Origin: Oscillospiraceae bacterium
Lineage (GTDB): Bacteria; Bacillota; Clostridia; Oscillospirales; CAG-272
Reading direction: 5' to 3'
Assembly (NCBI GenBank): GCA_015063745.1
Contig: SVTO01000004.1
Coordinates: 6,622-70,621 of the forward strand
DNA length: 64,000 bases
Position numbers and translations under genes: made by a program. Under the pieces are notes generated by a model. That model saw only the letters and a program-made list of their open reading frames with translations. It made no database searches and had not been told where the DNA came from. This document shows, piece by piece, positions 41,574-50,871 of the stretch (position 1 is its first letter; every line of letters starts with the position of its first letter).

Positions 41574-43385
41574 ATGTGCGGAATCATAGGCTTTACGGGA
41601 AAAAGTCCGGCTGTACCGAAACTGCTTGAGGGACTGGCCGCTTTGGAATACAGGGGATACGATTCGGCGGGGGCGGCTTATTTTACCCCGGACGGACTGC
41701 GGACGGAAAAGGTGGGCGGACGGCTGTCAGTGCTGGCATCCCGCTTGTCCGGCACGACGGATGCGGACATCACCTGCGGCATCGGACATACCAGATGGGC
41801 TACCCACGGTACGGTATCGGATGCCAACGCCCATCCCCACGGAAACGGCAGGGTGTACGGCGTGCACAATGGGATCATCGAAAACTACAGGGAACTGACC
41901 CTGTGGCTGGCGGAAAGGGGATATACTTTCACTTCCGACACGGATACGGAACGGGCGGTACTCCTTATCGACTGCCTGTACCGGGAGACGGGGGATCCGG
42001 TGAAAGCCATGGGAGAAGCAGCCCAACGGATGACGGGATCCTTTGCCTTCGCCCTTTTGTTCGCCGATCGTCCGGGGAAGATTTACGCCATGCGCCGGGG
42101 CAGTCCATTGTTTGCGGCCGTTTCACCGGAGGGGACGTTCGCGGTATCGGATATAGCGGCGGTTCTGCGGTACACCAGACACTTTACCCGGATCGGGGAA
42201 GGGGAAACGGCGGTACTTACGGCGGAGGGGATCACCTTTATCGCAGAGGACGGCAGTACCGTGGAGAAGGAATACGAATGGGCTGAATGGGACAGGACAG
42301 CGGCTGAGAAGGGCGGATTTCCCCATTTCATGCTGAAGGAGATATGGGAAGAGCCCACCGCCGTATCCGCAACGCTTGCGCCATTGCTTTCCGACTCCTC
42401 ATTTGGTCTGACAGAGACGCAGATACAAAATATCCGCCAGATCCACATCGCAGCCTGTGGAACGGCCATGCACGCGGGACTGATGGGTAAGTATTTCATG
42501 GAAAAACTGGCGAGGATTCCCGTGAACGTGGAAATCTCCTCAGAATTCCGCTATCGTGATCCCATCCTGCATCCGGAGGATCCGGTGATTCTCATCTCCC
42601 AGTCGGGGGAAACGGCGGATACGCTGGCAGCACTGCGACTGGCAAAGGAGAGGGGGAATTTCACCCTGGCTGTGGTCAATGTCCCGGGTTCCGCCATTGC
42701 CGGGGAAGCAGATGCGGTACTGTACACCGCCGCCGGACCGGAGATCGCCGTAGCCAGTACCAAAGCCTATACGGTACAGCTGGCGGTGCTGATATACCTT
42801 GCCATCCGCTTCGGCAGAATCCGCGGCACGCTGACCCAGACCGAAGCCGACGGACTGCTCGCACAACTGGCGGATGCTCATTTGTATATTGAGAAAGCCC
42901 TTGCTCTGTCGGAAGCCTGCCGTCATATGGCGGAAAAGTATCGGGACCACAAAAACATTTTCTTCATCGGCAGAGGCCGGGACTACGCTTTAAGTCTGGA
43001 AGCGGCGCTGAAGATGAAGGAGATCACCTATATCCACTGCGAAGCCTATGCGGCGGGGGAGATGAAGCACGGTACGATCTCCCTGATCGAAAAGGGAACA
43101 CCCGTATTTGCCTTTGCCACGGAATCCGCCGTGTGGGATAAGCTGCTCAGCAATATCCAGGAAGTCCGTTCCCGGGGGGCACAGGTGCTGTTGTTCGCTC
43201 CCGCATCCCTGCCCGTACCGGAAGACGCCGCCTGCGACATCATCCGACTGCCCGATGCACCGGAAATATGCCTGCCCCTCTGCGCCGCCGTCCCCGCCCA
43301 GTTGATGGCGTACCATACCGCCGTGCTTCTTGGCCGGGACGTGGATAAACCGAGAAACCTGGCTAAGTCGGTTACGGTGGAGTAG
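41574..43385 (+). CDS. glmS: Glutamine--fructose-6-phosphate aminotransferase
   Basis: GGAGG 5 nt before the ATG. MCGIIGFTG N-terminal nucleophile, two SIS domains and the canonical C-terminus AKSVTVE. Confidence 0.97.
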   Translation: MCGIIGFTGKSPAVPKLLEGLAALEYRGYDSAGAAYFTPDGLRTEKVGGRLSVLASRLSGTTDADITCGIGHTRWATHGTVSDANAHPHGNGRVYGVHNGIIENYRELTLWLAERGYTFTSDTDTERAVLLIDCLYRETGDPVKAMGEAAQRMTGSFAFALLFADRPGKIYAMRRGSPLFAAVSPEGTFAVSDIAAVLRYTRHFTRIGEGETAVLTAEGITFIAEDGSTVEKEYEWAEWDRTAAEKGGFPHFMLKEIWEEPTAVSATLAPLLSDSSFGLTETQIQNIRQIHIAACGTAMHAGLMGKYFMEKLARIPVNVEISSEFRYRDPILHPEDPVILISQSGETADTLAALRLAKERGNFTLAVVNVPGSAIAGEADAVLYTAAGPEIAVASTKAYTVQLAVLIYLAIRFGRIRGTLTQTEADGLLAQLADAHLYIEKALALSEACRHMAEKYRDHKNIFFIGRGRDYALSLEAALKMKEITYIHCEAYAAGEMKHGTISLIEKGTPVFAFATESAVWDKLLSNIQEVRSRGAQVLLFAPASLPVPEDAACDIIRLPDAPEICLPLCAAVPAQLMAYHTAVLLGRDVDKPRNLAKSVTVE

Positions 43386-43390
43386 TTAGT

Positions 43391-43477
43391 ATGTTTTCGG
43401 GGGAAGGGAAACTTTTTGCAAAAAGTTTTCCTTCCCCCGAACCCCCATCCTTTAAAAAAACTTTGAAATAGGGAATG
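43391..43477. repeat. Palindrome-containing intergenic element, copy B (inverse orientation relative to 25097-25176)
   Basis: Contains an almost perfect hairpin of about 21 bp at 43396-43441 (TTCGGGGGAAGGGAAACTTTTTG / CAAAAAGTTTTCCTTCCCCCGAA, one G-U). No U-tract after it. Confidence 0.65.
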
Positions 43478-43545
43478 ATATACTAATAGAGATTCTGAAT
43501 ATAATTAGATTTCTGTCGCAAAATTCCTTTTTCAGTAGCTTTTAG

Positions 43546-43589
43546 AAAGAGGGGTTAAGAACTTTTGCAAAAGTTCTTAACCCCTCTTT
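43546..43589. terminator. Bidirectional terminator between glmS and the glycan locus
   Basis: AAAGAGGGGTTAAGAACTTTTG / CAAAAGTTCTTAACCCCTCTTT with T-rich flanks on both strands. Flanked by an outer 8-bp complement CTGTCGCA (43513-43520) / TGCGACAG (43592-43599). Confidence 0.75.
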
Positions 43590-43618
43590 TATGCGACAGT
43601 ATTTTTTAGTCCAACCTC

Positions 43619-44416
43619 TCAGATGGTGCCGAAGAAGTGGAGAATATTCATGTCTTCGATCATCAAAGAACCGTGGGTACCTCTGCCGCCTTCCACGAGA
43701 TGCTGACCGTGGTCGGGAGAGTAGGAGACCAGAATTCTGTGCTGATCTTCGAATTTCCGGAGTTCTTCCATAATGAATGCGAAATTTTCCGCTTCGGTGG
43801 ATATCGCATTCAGGGCCTGTTTGGATTCGGGACCGAAGGCATGGGCAGCGTTGTCATATTCAAAGGTGTGGATGCTGATGACATCATATTCATCGGAACG
43901 GATCAGTTCAGTGGCCTTTTCCAGCACATCGGAGGGTGTTTTGACAACGAAGTAATCCATCTGCCGACCGGCAAAAATGAACAGGAAGGAAGAATTTTCC
44001 ATGGCAATAACTGCGACTTTCTTACCGTTTTTGATCAGCTGATCATACAGGGTATCGCATTCTAACTTAGGACGTGTATAGGTTTGGATACCATGCTGTT
44101 CGGGATCAAGTCCTGTGTACATAGAAGCATGCGCGACGGGGGTTTTGGATTGAACGGTACTCAGGAAAGGGATGGACATGGAAGTATGTCTGTAAACCGG
44201 TGCGAACAGATTGGTATATTTCTGCCAGACATACATGGGGACTGCATCGGCGTGGTACAAAACCACCCTGTCAGCTGTACCGCCCATACGGTCTTTCAGG
44301 ATATTGGCGGCCCAGTCAATGGACGGTGCATATTCTTCGGGAAGGGACATTCCCATGCAGTCTGCGATAGTACGTGCGAACTGTTTCAGGGGATAATAAT
44401 TGTAATGATCTGCCAT
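43619..44416 (-). CDS. Small alkaline-phosphatase-superfamily metalloenzyme (NPP-like), paralogue of 89-889
   Basis: SKTPVAHASMYTGLDPEQHGIQ and SPDHGQH...GTHGS. 265 aa. Last gene of the minus-strand glycan locus. Confidence 0.65.
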   Translation of the reverse strand: MADHYNYYPLKQFARTIADCMGMSLPEEYAPSIDWAANILKDRMGGTADRVVLYHADAVPMYVWQKYTNLFAPVYRHTSMSIPFLSTVQSKTPVAHASMYTGLDPEQHGIQTYTRPKLECDTLYDQLIKNGKKVAVIAMENSSFLFIFAGRQMDYFVVKTPSDVLEKATELIRSDEYDVISIHTFEYDNAAHAFGPESKQALNAISTEAENFAFIMEELRKFEDQHRILVSYSPDHGQHLVEGGRGTHGSLMIEDMNILHFFGTI

Positions 44417-44435
44417 AATTGTAACTCCTTAAAAA

Positions 44436-45245
44436 TTATAAGTTTCTTGCGAAAGGATTGAATTTCTGTTCTTCATCCAGCCCCAGCTTATCCACTACCA
44501 GACAGCAGTCCTGATAATACGGTTCCAGATGCTTCGGATGGTGTGCGTCCGTGCCGCAGTAGAAACGGCAGTCACATTCCGCCGCGATCCGGTAGATTCG
44601 CAGAGCACGGTCAAGCTGCTCGTTCGTGTAGCAGTTTACGGGAACATTCAGCTCTACTCCCATGCCCAGCTTTGCGGTACGGGAGAACAGATCCTTGTAT
44701 ACATCGTCGGAAATGCCTTCCAGAATTTCCAGTCGTATGGTACCCTGATCCGTGAATCCGTTGAGACAGATACCGTCCAGGTGGGCAATCCCCATTTTGT
44801 GAAAGGGGAGATCCGCAGCCAGCAGCGCTTTCCATCTTTCCACATACAGACGGGTCAATGCCTTGATGTTATGGACATCTTCTTCTCTGACTGTGCTGTG
44901 TACCAGATGAATATGATTTGTCGGAACTGCAATGAAATCGAATTTCTCCGCGGTTTTGCGGGAAATACCTACCGTAGCGGTAATGTCCAATTCCGCTTCA
45001 CAGCCCAAATGCATCCGGAGTTCCGGGGACTGGGGCAGGGGAAGCCATTGGGAGATTACCGCATAGCCCGGCCAGAAAGTAGTGCCCGGAATCGTTTCAT
45101 CCCAGAAGTGGTCCGTCAGCACAATATCCTTCATGCCGTGGGAAAGACCGAATTCCATAATCGTTTCGGGCGTCATCGCCGGGTCGGAGGAACAGGGGGA
45201 AAGCTGTGTATGTACGTGATAATCGTGGTCAACCTGAAATTTCAT
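44436..45245 (-). CDS. PHP-domain (histidinol-phosphatase-like) metal-dependent phosphoesterase
   Basis: ATG 45245. MKFQVDHDYHVHTQLSPCS (HxH) and later His/Asp ligands (LTDHFWD, PTNHIHL, GTDAHHP). Confidence 0.75.
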   Translation of the reverse strand: MKFQVDHDYHVHTQLSPCSSDPAMTPETIMEFGLSHGMKDIVLTDHFWDETIPGTTFWPGYAVISQWLPLPQSPELRMHLGCEAELDITATVGISRKTAEKFDFIAVPTNHIHLVHSTVREEDVHNIKALTRLYVERWKALLAADLPFHKMGIAHLDGICLNGFTDQGTIRLEILEGISDDVYKDLFSRTAKLGMGVELNVPVNCYTNEQLDRALRIYRIAAECDCRFYCGTDAHHPKHLEPYYQDCCLVVDKLGLDEEQKFNPFARNL

Positions 45246-45281
45246 GATGCTGCCTCTCATTCTCTGTCAATAGTTGCGGTA

Positions 45282-47180
45282 TTATTCCTGCTCAAAATGT
45301 ACAGTCACGGTTTCGCCGCGCTTTAAGAATACCTTCCTGAAACCGGCGAGATTCTTGTGGGGGATGTATGTAAAGCGCAGCACTGAGTAGGCAGTGTCAT
45401 AAGCCCCGTGGTTGGTCAGCTCCACGGTGTACTCATCCAGCCAGTTTTCGCCGATCTCGGAATAGGTAAGTCCGTGACCGAATTCGTATACCGGTGTACC
45501 CTTATAGAACTTGTACGTGCGGTTTTCCATGCTGTAGTCCTCGAAGTCCGGCAGATCCGATCCGTCTGCGTAGAAGGTAACGGGGAGACGGCCGCTCGGG
45601 GAAACTTCGCCGAAGAGAATATCTGCAAGCGCCAACCCGCCCATGGCACCGGGATAGAAGCACTGGATAATGGCATCGCAGGTTTCCTTCTGACGGGTCA
45701 GATTCACACTGCTGCCGCTGACATTGACAAACACCATGGGCTTGCCGAGAGCGGCAACTTTTTCGAATAATTTCTTCTGTACCGCAGGCAGCTCCAGATC
45801 GGGCTTGTCCCCGCCGTAGAAGCTGCGTACACTGGGGTCACATTCTTCGCTTTCCAGATTGGGATCCAGACCCATGCAGAAGATCACCACATCTGCCCGA
45901 CGGGCGGTGACGATGGCTTCCCGTTCACTGCAGCAGCTGGTGGCCAGAGAGACGGAATATCCTTCTTCCGTCAGATGGCATCCCTTGGAATAGTAGGGAT
46001 CGGTGTATTCCTGAATACCGCGCAGCAGCGTGTAATATACCGACGGGAAACCGATATAATTGCCCAGAAGTACATTTTTGGCATCCGCATTGGGGCCGAT
46101 GACCGCAATCTTTTTTGTTCTGTCTAAGGGGAGAACCCCGTTGTTTTTGAGAAGCACCATGCTTTCCTGTGCCATTTTCCGGTTCAGCGCACGGTGGGCG
46201 GGACTTTCGATCACGTCATAGGAAATCTTGTCGTATTCGCAGTCGTCATCGAACATACCCAGACGAAAACGGGCTGTAAACAGCTTGACGGCTGCTTCCG
46301 TGATCGTTTCTTCGGAAACCAGACCCCTTTCCACCGCTTCCGGCAGAGCGATATAGGCAGGACCGCATTCCAGCTCGCATCCGCTGTTCAGGGCAAGGGC
46401 CGCACTTTCCGCCGTGTCTGCCGTGTAGTGGAAATGAACATGGGTATCCATAATGGCACCGCAGTCCGATACCACATATCCTGTAAAGCCGAATTCCTTC
46501 CGCAGAATATCGTGCAGTAAGGTTTTGCTTGCACAGCAGGCTTCGCCGTTGAGACTGTTGTACGCACCCATAACCGCCGAAGGATCCGCGTGGTCGATGC
46601 AGTAGCGGAAAGCGGCGAGGTAGGTTTCGTACAGATCCTTCTCACTGATCTCTGCCTTGAAGCCACGACGACCCTGTTCCGGTCCGCTGTGTGCCGCGAA
46701 ATGCTTGAGAGTGGCGTCTACCTTGCGGTATTTTCCATCCCCCTGCAGACCGCGGACAAAAGCTGTACCCATGTGTCCCGTCAGACAGGGGTCTTCGCCA
46801 TAGGTTTCGTGACCTCTGCCCCATCTGGGATCGCGGAAAATATTGATGTTGGGCGACCAGAAGGTCAGACCCTGATACTGCAGTGTTTCGCCGAACTGCT
46901 TGTATTCGTTGTACTGTGCCCGGGCCTCATCGGAAATGACGGTGGCTACTTCCTGTAGCAGTTCTGTGTTGTAGCTGGCTGCCATGGCGATGGCCTGGGG
47001 AAATACCGTAGCGGTCCCGGCACCGGCAACCCCGTGGAGACATTCGTTCCACCACACATAGGCTGGAATATTCAGCCGTTCGATGGCGGGGGCAATGTGC
47101 TGAAGCTGGGAGATCTTTTCTTCCAGTGTCATTCGGGAAACCAGTTGTTCCGCTCTCTGTCGGAATGTATTGCTGTTCAT
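45282..47180 (-). CDS. Glycoside hydrolase family 3 (beta-glucosidase/beta-xylosidase-like), cytoplasmic
   Basis: ATG 47180 (MNSNTFRQRAEQLVSRMTLEEKISQL). KHFAAHSGPE. Nucleophile block GYVVSDCGA. No signal peptide. Confidence 0.88.
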   Translation of the reverse strand: MNSNTFRQRAEQLVSRMTLEEKISQLQHIAPAIERLNIPAYVWWNECLHGVAGAGTATVFPQAIAMAASYNTELLQEVATVISDEARAQYNEYKQFGETLQYQGLTFWSPNINIFRDPRWGRGHETYGEDPCLTGHMGTAFVRGLQGDGKYRKVDATLKHFAAHSGPEQGRRGFKAEISEKDLYETYLAAFRYCIDHADPSAVMGAYNSLNGEACCASKTLLHDILRKEFGFTGYVVSDCGAIMDTHVHFHYTADTAESAALALNSGCELECGPAYIALPEAVERGLVSEETITEAAVKLFTARFRLGMFDDDCEYDKISYDVIESPAHRALNRKMAQESMVLLKNNGVLPLDRTKKIAVIGPNADAKNVLLGNYIGFPSVYYTLLRGIQEYTDPYYSKGCHLTEEGYSVSLATSCCSEREAIVTARRADVVIFCMGLDPNLESEECDPSVRSFYGGDKPDLELPAVQKKLFEKVAALGKPMVFVNVSGSSVNLTRQKETCDAIIQCFYPGAMGGLALADILFGEVSPSGRLPVTFYADGSDLPDFEDYSMENRTYKFYKGTPVYEFGHGLTYSEIGENWLDEYTVELTNHGAYDTAYSVLRFTYIPHKNLAGFRKVFLKRGETVTVHFEQE

Positions 47181-47190
47181 ACTTTCATTC

Positions 47191-47832
47191 TCATTTCTTA
47201 TTTCCGTTTTCCATTTTTCGGAATGCATCCAGCCAGGCTTCTGCGATGAGAGCAGTACCTTCCACGGTGGGATGTACGTCATCATAAATCCAATATTCCG
47301 ACGGTGCTTTTTTCAGAGCCTCATTGAATTTGTCCTGCAGATGAATATAAGTAAGGCCATACTTTTCGGCAATATTACGTGTCAGTTCCGCGTATCGGTA
47401 GGCAAGAGCGGTGAAACTACCTCTCTTTTCCGCTTCCGGCATTCCCGAAGCGATGAACGGCTCCAGAATCATAATCTGTACATCCGGCAGAAATTTCCGG
47501 GTATCTTCAATCAACTGGCAATAGGTACGATAATAGATATCTTCCCCCGGGCTCGTTTTATCTTCTTTGAGCCAACCGAGGACATCGTTGACACCGATGA
47601 GGATACTCAATACATCCGGCTTCAGAGCCACAATATCCCGCATCATACGGGCGTATACGTCCACTACATGGTTGCCGGCGATCGCACGGTTGAGTATTTG
47701 GTACTCTTCGGGATAGTTGCGATCCAGATAGGATTTGACAAACAGAGGATAGCAGTAACCGGGGTTGAGGGGATTGTCGTTGCTGTGTTCACCGTCAGTG
47801 ATGGAATCCCCCTGAAAAAGAATGGTTTTCAT
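47191..47832 (-). CDS. SGNH/GDSL hydrolase (esterase), tandem copy 3
   Basis: MKTILFQGDSITD (block I), AIAGN (II), GVND (III), DDVHP (V). Confidence 0.88.
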   Translation of the reverse strand: MKTILFQGDSITDGEHSNDNPLNPGYCYPLFVKSYLDRNYPEEYQILNRAIAGNHVVDVYARMMRDIVALKPDVLSILIGVNDVLGWLKEDKTSPGEDIYYRTYCQLIEDTRKFLPDVQIMILEPFIASGMPEAEKRGSFTALAYRYAELTRNIAEKYGLTYIHLQDKFNEALKKAPSEYWIYDDVHPTVEGTALIAEAWLDAFRKMENGNKK

Positions 47833-47833
47833 C

Positions 47834-48472
47834 TTATACTTCCCCCTTTTCTATCATCGTTTCAAATACTTTCAGCCATTCTTCCGCAAGCAGCTCATGA
47901 CCTGCATTGGTGGGGTGAAGACCGTCCCAGAGCCAGTATGCCGGAGACTGCTTTTCGGCTCCTTCAGTAAACTTTTCCTGGAGAGGAATAAAGGGAAGAC
48001 CGTGCTTTTCGGCAAGAATCCGCACTTTTTCGGCGCGCTTCTGTACTTCGGCGAAGAACGCGTCCCAAGGTCTGTCCGTACCGGGACCACACAGAACAAA
48101 AGGTTCCAACAGGATAATTTTAATGTCCGGCAGAGCTTCTTTCACTTCCGTAAGCAGCATATCGTATATTGTATAGAATTTTTCCGCATCCACACCGTTC
48201 TGATAGGCAAATTCATGCCCTACACCGTTAACACCGATAAGAATACTCAAAATATCGGGTTTCAGATTCAGGATGTCGGCTTTGAGGCGTGCATACAGGT
48301 CTACAATACGGTCACCGGATATACCTTTGTTGAGTACTTTGTATTTACCGGGATGGGAAAGGGCTAATTTCCCTCTTACCAATACGGAGTAGCCTGTACC
48401 GACACTGTAGTAATGTTCTCTGGAACGGCCGGAATCCGTGATGGAATCACCCTGAAATAAAATGGTTTTCAT
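47834..48472 (-). CDS. SGNH/GDSL hydrolase (esterase), tandem copy 2
   Basis: MKTILFQGDSITD, GISGD, block III reads GVNG (Asp replaced), DGLHP. Confidence 0.88.
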   Translation of the reverse strand: MKTILFQGDSITDSGRSREHYYSVGTGYSVLVRGKLALSHPGKYKVLNKGISGDRIVDLYARLKADILNLKPDILSILIGVNGVGHEFAYQNGVDAEKFYTIYDMLLTEVKEALPDIKIILLEPFVLCGPGTDRPWDAFFAEVQKRAEKVRILAEKHGLPFIPLQEKFTEGAEKQSPAYWLWDGLHPTNAGHELLAEEWLKVFETMIEKGEV

Positions 48473-48496
48473 TTCTCAAGATTCCTTTACACTTTT

Positions 48497-49126
48497 TTAT
48501 TTGTTTTCGATCTCATGGAAAACCTTCATCCATTCTCTGGCGATCAGTTCGTGACCGGCAGCGGAGGGATGAACACCGTCTTCAAGCCAGTATGTTTCGT
48601 CCTGGTACTGCAGAGCTTCATCGAATTTGTTCTGCAGTTCCACGAAGGGCAGACTGTACTTGTCGGCGATTTCCCGTGCTTTTGCTGCCATCTTGGGTAC
48701 TTCGGTTCGGAATACTTCCCAGTGTTCCTTGGTAGCAGAGCCTTTGAGGACGAAGGGCTCGAGAATGATAATTTTTGTATCCGGCAGAGCGGCTTTAATT
48801 TCTTCGATCAGCATGGAGTAAATCTTGAAAAATTTATCTGCAGGTACACCGTTCTGAAATGCCAATTCGTGCCATACATCGTTGACACCGATGAGAATAC
48901 TGAGAATGTCGGGCTTGAGATTGATAATGTCCTGCTTGATGCGTGCATACAGATCCACGATCCGGTTTCCGCTGATGCCGCGGTTCATCACTTTGTACTG
49001 ACCGGGATAGTCATAACTGATCCGGCCATTGAGCAGAGTAGGGTAGCCAAAACCCATGGACCAATCCGACTCTCTGGAACGGCCGGCATCTGTGATGGAA
49101 TCGCCCTGTAATAAAATAGTTTTCAT
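48497..49126 (-). CDS. SGNH/GDSL hydrolase (esterase), tandem copy 1
   Basis: MKTILLQGDSITD, GISGN, GVND, DGVHP. Confidence 0.88.
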   Translation of the reverse strand: MKTILLQGDSITDAGRSRESDWSMGFGYPTLLNGRISYDYPGQYKVMNRGISGNRIVDLYARIKQDIINLKPDILSILIGVNDVWHELAFQNGVPADKFFKIYSMLIEEIKAALPDTKIIILEPFVLKGSATKEHWEVFRTEVPKMAAKAREIADKYSLPFVELQNKFDEALQYQDETYWLEDGVHPSAAGHELIAREWMKVFHEIENK

Positions 49127-49158
49127 AATTGTATTCCTCCTGTAAATAAATTTATTTT

Positions 49159-50871
49159 TTATGGTTTCAGATTGTATACAGCTACATTTCCCGGTGAAAC
49201 CGTCAGATGGAACTTCCCGTCTTCCATAACGGGTGTGTCACCCATTACCGGCACCGGTGTATAACCGTTTACGGAAACGGTTACCTCCGCTTCACAGCCG
49301 GGGAGAATTTCTGTCCCTCTCGCCCGTGACCGAAGGATACCTTCATTGTTGAATACGGCCAGCATATAGCCGTTTTCGTATTTGTTCAGAGTCCAGGATA
49401 CAGCACCGGAAACCTGCAGCCCTCCGGGCATATAAGAAACAAGCTGTTCTTCCAATTCCCGGATGCCGGATTCCTTTCGACCGTCCAGAACCGTTTTTGC
49501 GGGAAGCATTCCCATATGGCCGGACAGATCCAGTATCAGATCATAGGAATCCAAAGCGGAGGCGGGAACATCGTCATATACAATATCAAACAGATCCCCG
49601 AACCGGCTGTTGCAGATGCAGTGGCCTTCATTTCCGTGAACAGCCTTGCCGTCACCGAAAATCACCATCAACACCCTACGCATAACGCCGAACAAAGTCG
49701 CAAGAGTCGGATCCACCGGTCGTTGGAGATACTCCGTACCGGAATCCATGTAAAGCAGATCGAAAATTTCAAATTCCTTCGGAATCACGATCACCGCCGG
49801 GACAAAGACGTCCCCCAGTTCCCGATGATCGGCCGCGAAATCCAGAAAATCCTTTTTGACCTTCCCATAAGGGGACAACTCATAGTCGTGCCAGTCGTAA
49901 AATGTATTGGCATTTCCGTGTTCCTCGCTGAGGAAATCTGCGCCGCTGAACAGTGCGTGGTAGTAAATCCGTTTCTGCAGTTCTCGTGAAGAGCCGCTGT
50001 TCGGGGTGAAGGTACAGCCTTTCCAGTGAACACTTTCCGATACTCTCAGTCCCCATTCGTTGACCGTATCCCGCTTGTAGTAGCTGCAGCTTATAAAATC
50101 ACCGCCCCAGGGTTCATAGTACATACCCCAACGGCATCCGTAAGCCCGTGCCATTCCGCGGGTCAGCGCAACCTGTATCCGTTCGTGGAAAATCTGCGCA
50201 CCCACCTCAGGCATCAGCGCCCGGGTACCTGCGGCAATTTCCTTCCGGGGGTACATATAATAACTGTCACAGGGCAGCAGATGACCGCTGGTGTTCTGCA
50301 TCCGGTCGCGGTACAGCCAGTCGTATTGTGCCAGCTCCTGTGCTTCGGTGAAGGGGTAGGTCATACCGGCATATTCCCGCAGAGACGCACTTTCCAAGAA
50401 GACATTGCTGTTTCCGTTGTGGTCGGCGGAACGCGCGGCTGCTTCGATTTCCTCCGGAGTGTACCGTCCGTCCGGTTTCGGCTGACCGCCGGTGATGCGC
50501 ATCCAGTCGTTATGCATATTGGATGCCCATTCATGCATCTGAAAGCCGAGAAAATTTTCTCCCAGCATTTCCCGGTATATCTCAATCAGTCTGCGGTCAT
50601 ACGGGTAGGAAAGAAACCACCAGCCACCTTGAAGCCGGTCTATATAAAAGAGCGAACGATTTTCCTTCAGAATGGAGTACAGCTCGCCATCCTTCCGCGC
50701 CAGTACATTGAAACGCAGTTCGTCCGGTGTGTGCCGGATCTGGTGCAGTTTCAGACCGGAGGTCTTATCAAACATGTTGTGCTTTACAAGTCCGGCGAAT
50801 TGTTCTTTCCGATAGCCATGTATAAAGTGAAACATAGTCTCCCTTTTATCCGGCACTTCAGCATTTTTCAT
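49159..50871 (-). CDS. 570-aa cytoplasmic protein of unknown family inside the glycan locus
   Basis: Long ORF in operon context. An alternative ATG at 50835 has AAAGGGAG upstream. Conserved-looking blocks LQGGWWFLSYPYD, FQMHEWASNMHNDW and YYEPWGGDF match nothing I recognise. Confidence 0.75.
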   Translation of the reverse strand: MKNAEVPDKRETMFHFIHGYRKEQFAGLVKHNMFDKTSGLKLHQIRHTPDELRFNVLARKDGELYSILKENRSLFYIDRLQGGWWFLSYPYDRRLIEIYREMLGENFLGFQMHEWASNMHNDWMRITGGQPKPDGRYTPEEIEAAARSADHNGNSNVFLESASLREYAGMTYPFTEAQELAQYDWLYRDRMQNTSGHLLPCDSYYMYPRKEIAAGTRALMPEVGAQIFHERIQVALTRGMARAYGCRWGMYYEPWGGDFISCSYYKRDTVNEWGLRVSESVHWKGCTFTPNSGSSRELQKRIYYHALFSGADFLSEEHGNANTFYDWHDYELSPYGKVKKDFLDFAADHRELGDVFVPAVIVIPKEFEIFDLLYMDSGTEYLQRPVDPTLATLFGVMRRVLMVIFGDGKAVHGNEGHCICNSRFGDLFDIVYDDVPASALDSYDLILDLSGHMGMLPAKTVLDGRKESGIRELEEQLVSYMPGGLQVSGAVSWTLNKYENGYMLAVFNNEGILRSRARGTEILPGCEAEVTVSVNGYTPVPVMGDTPVMEDGKFHLTVSPGNVAVYNLKP

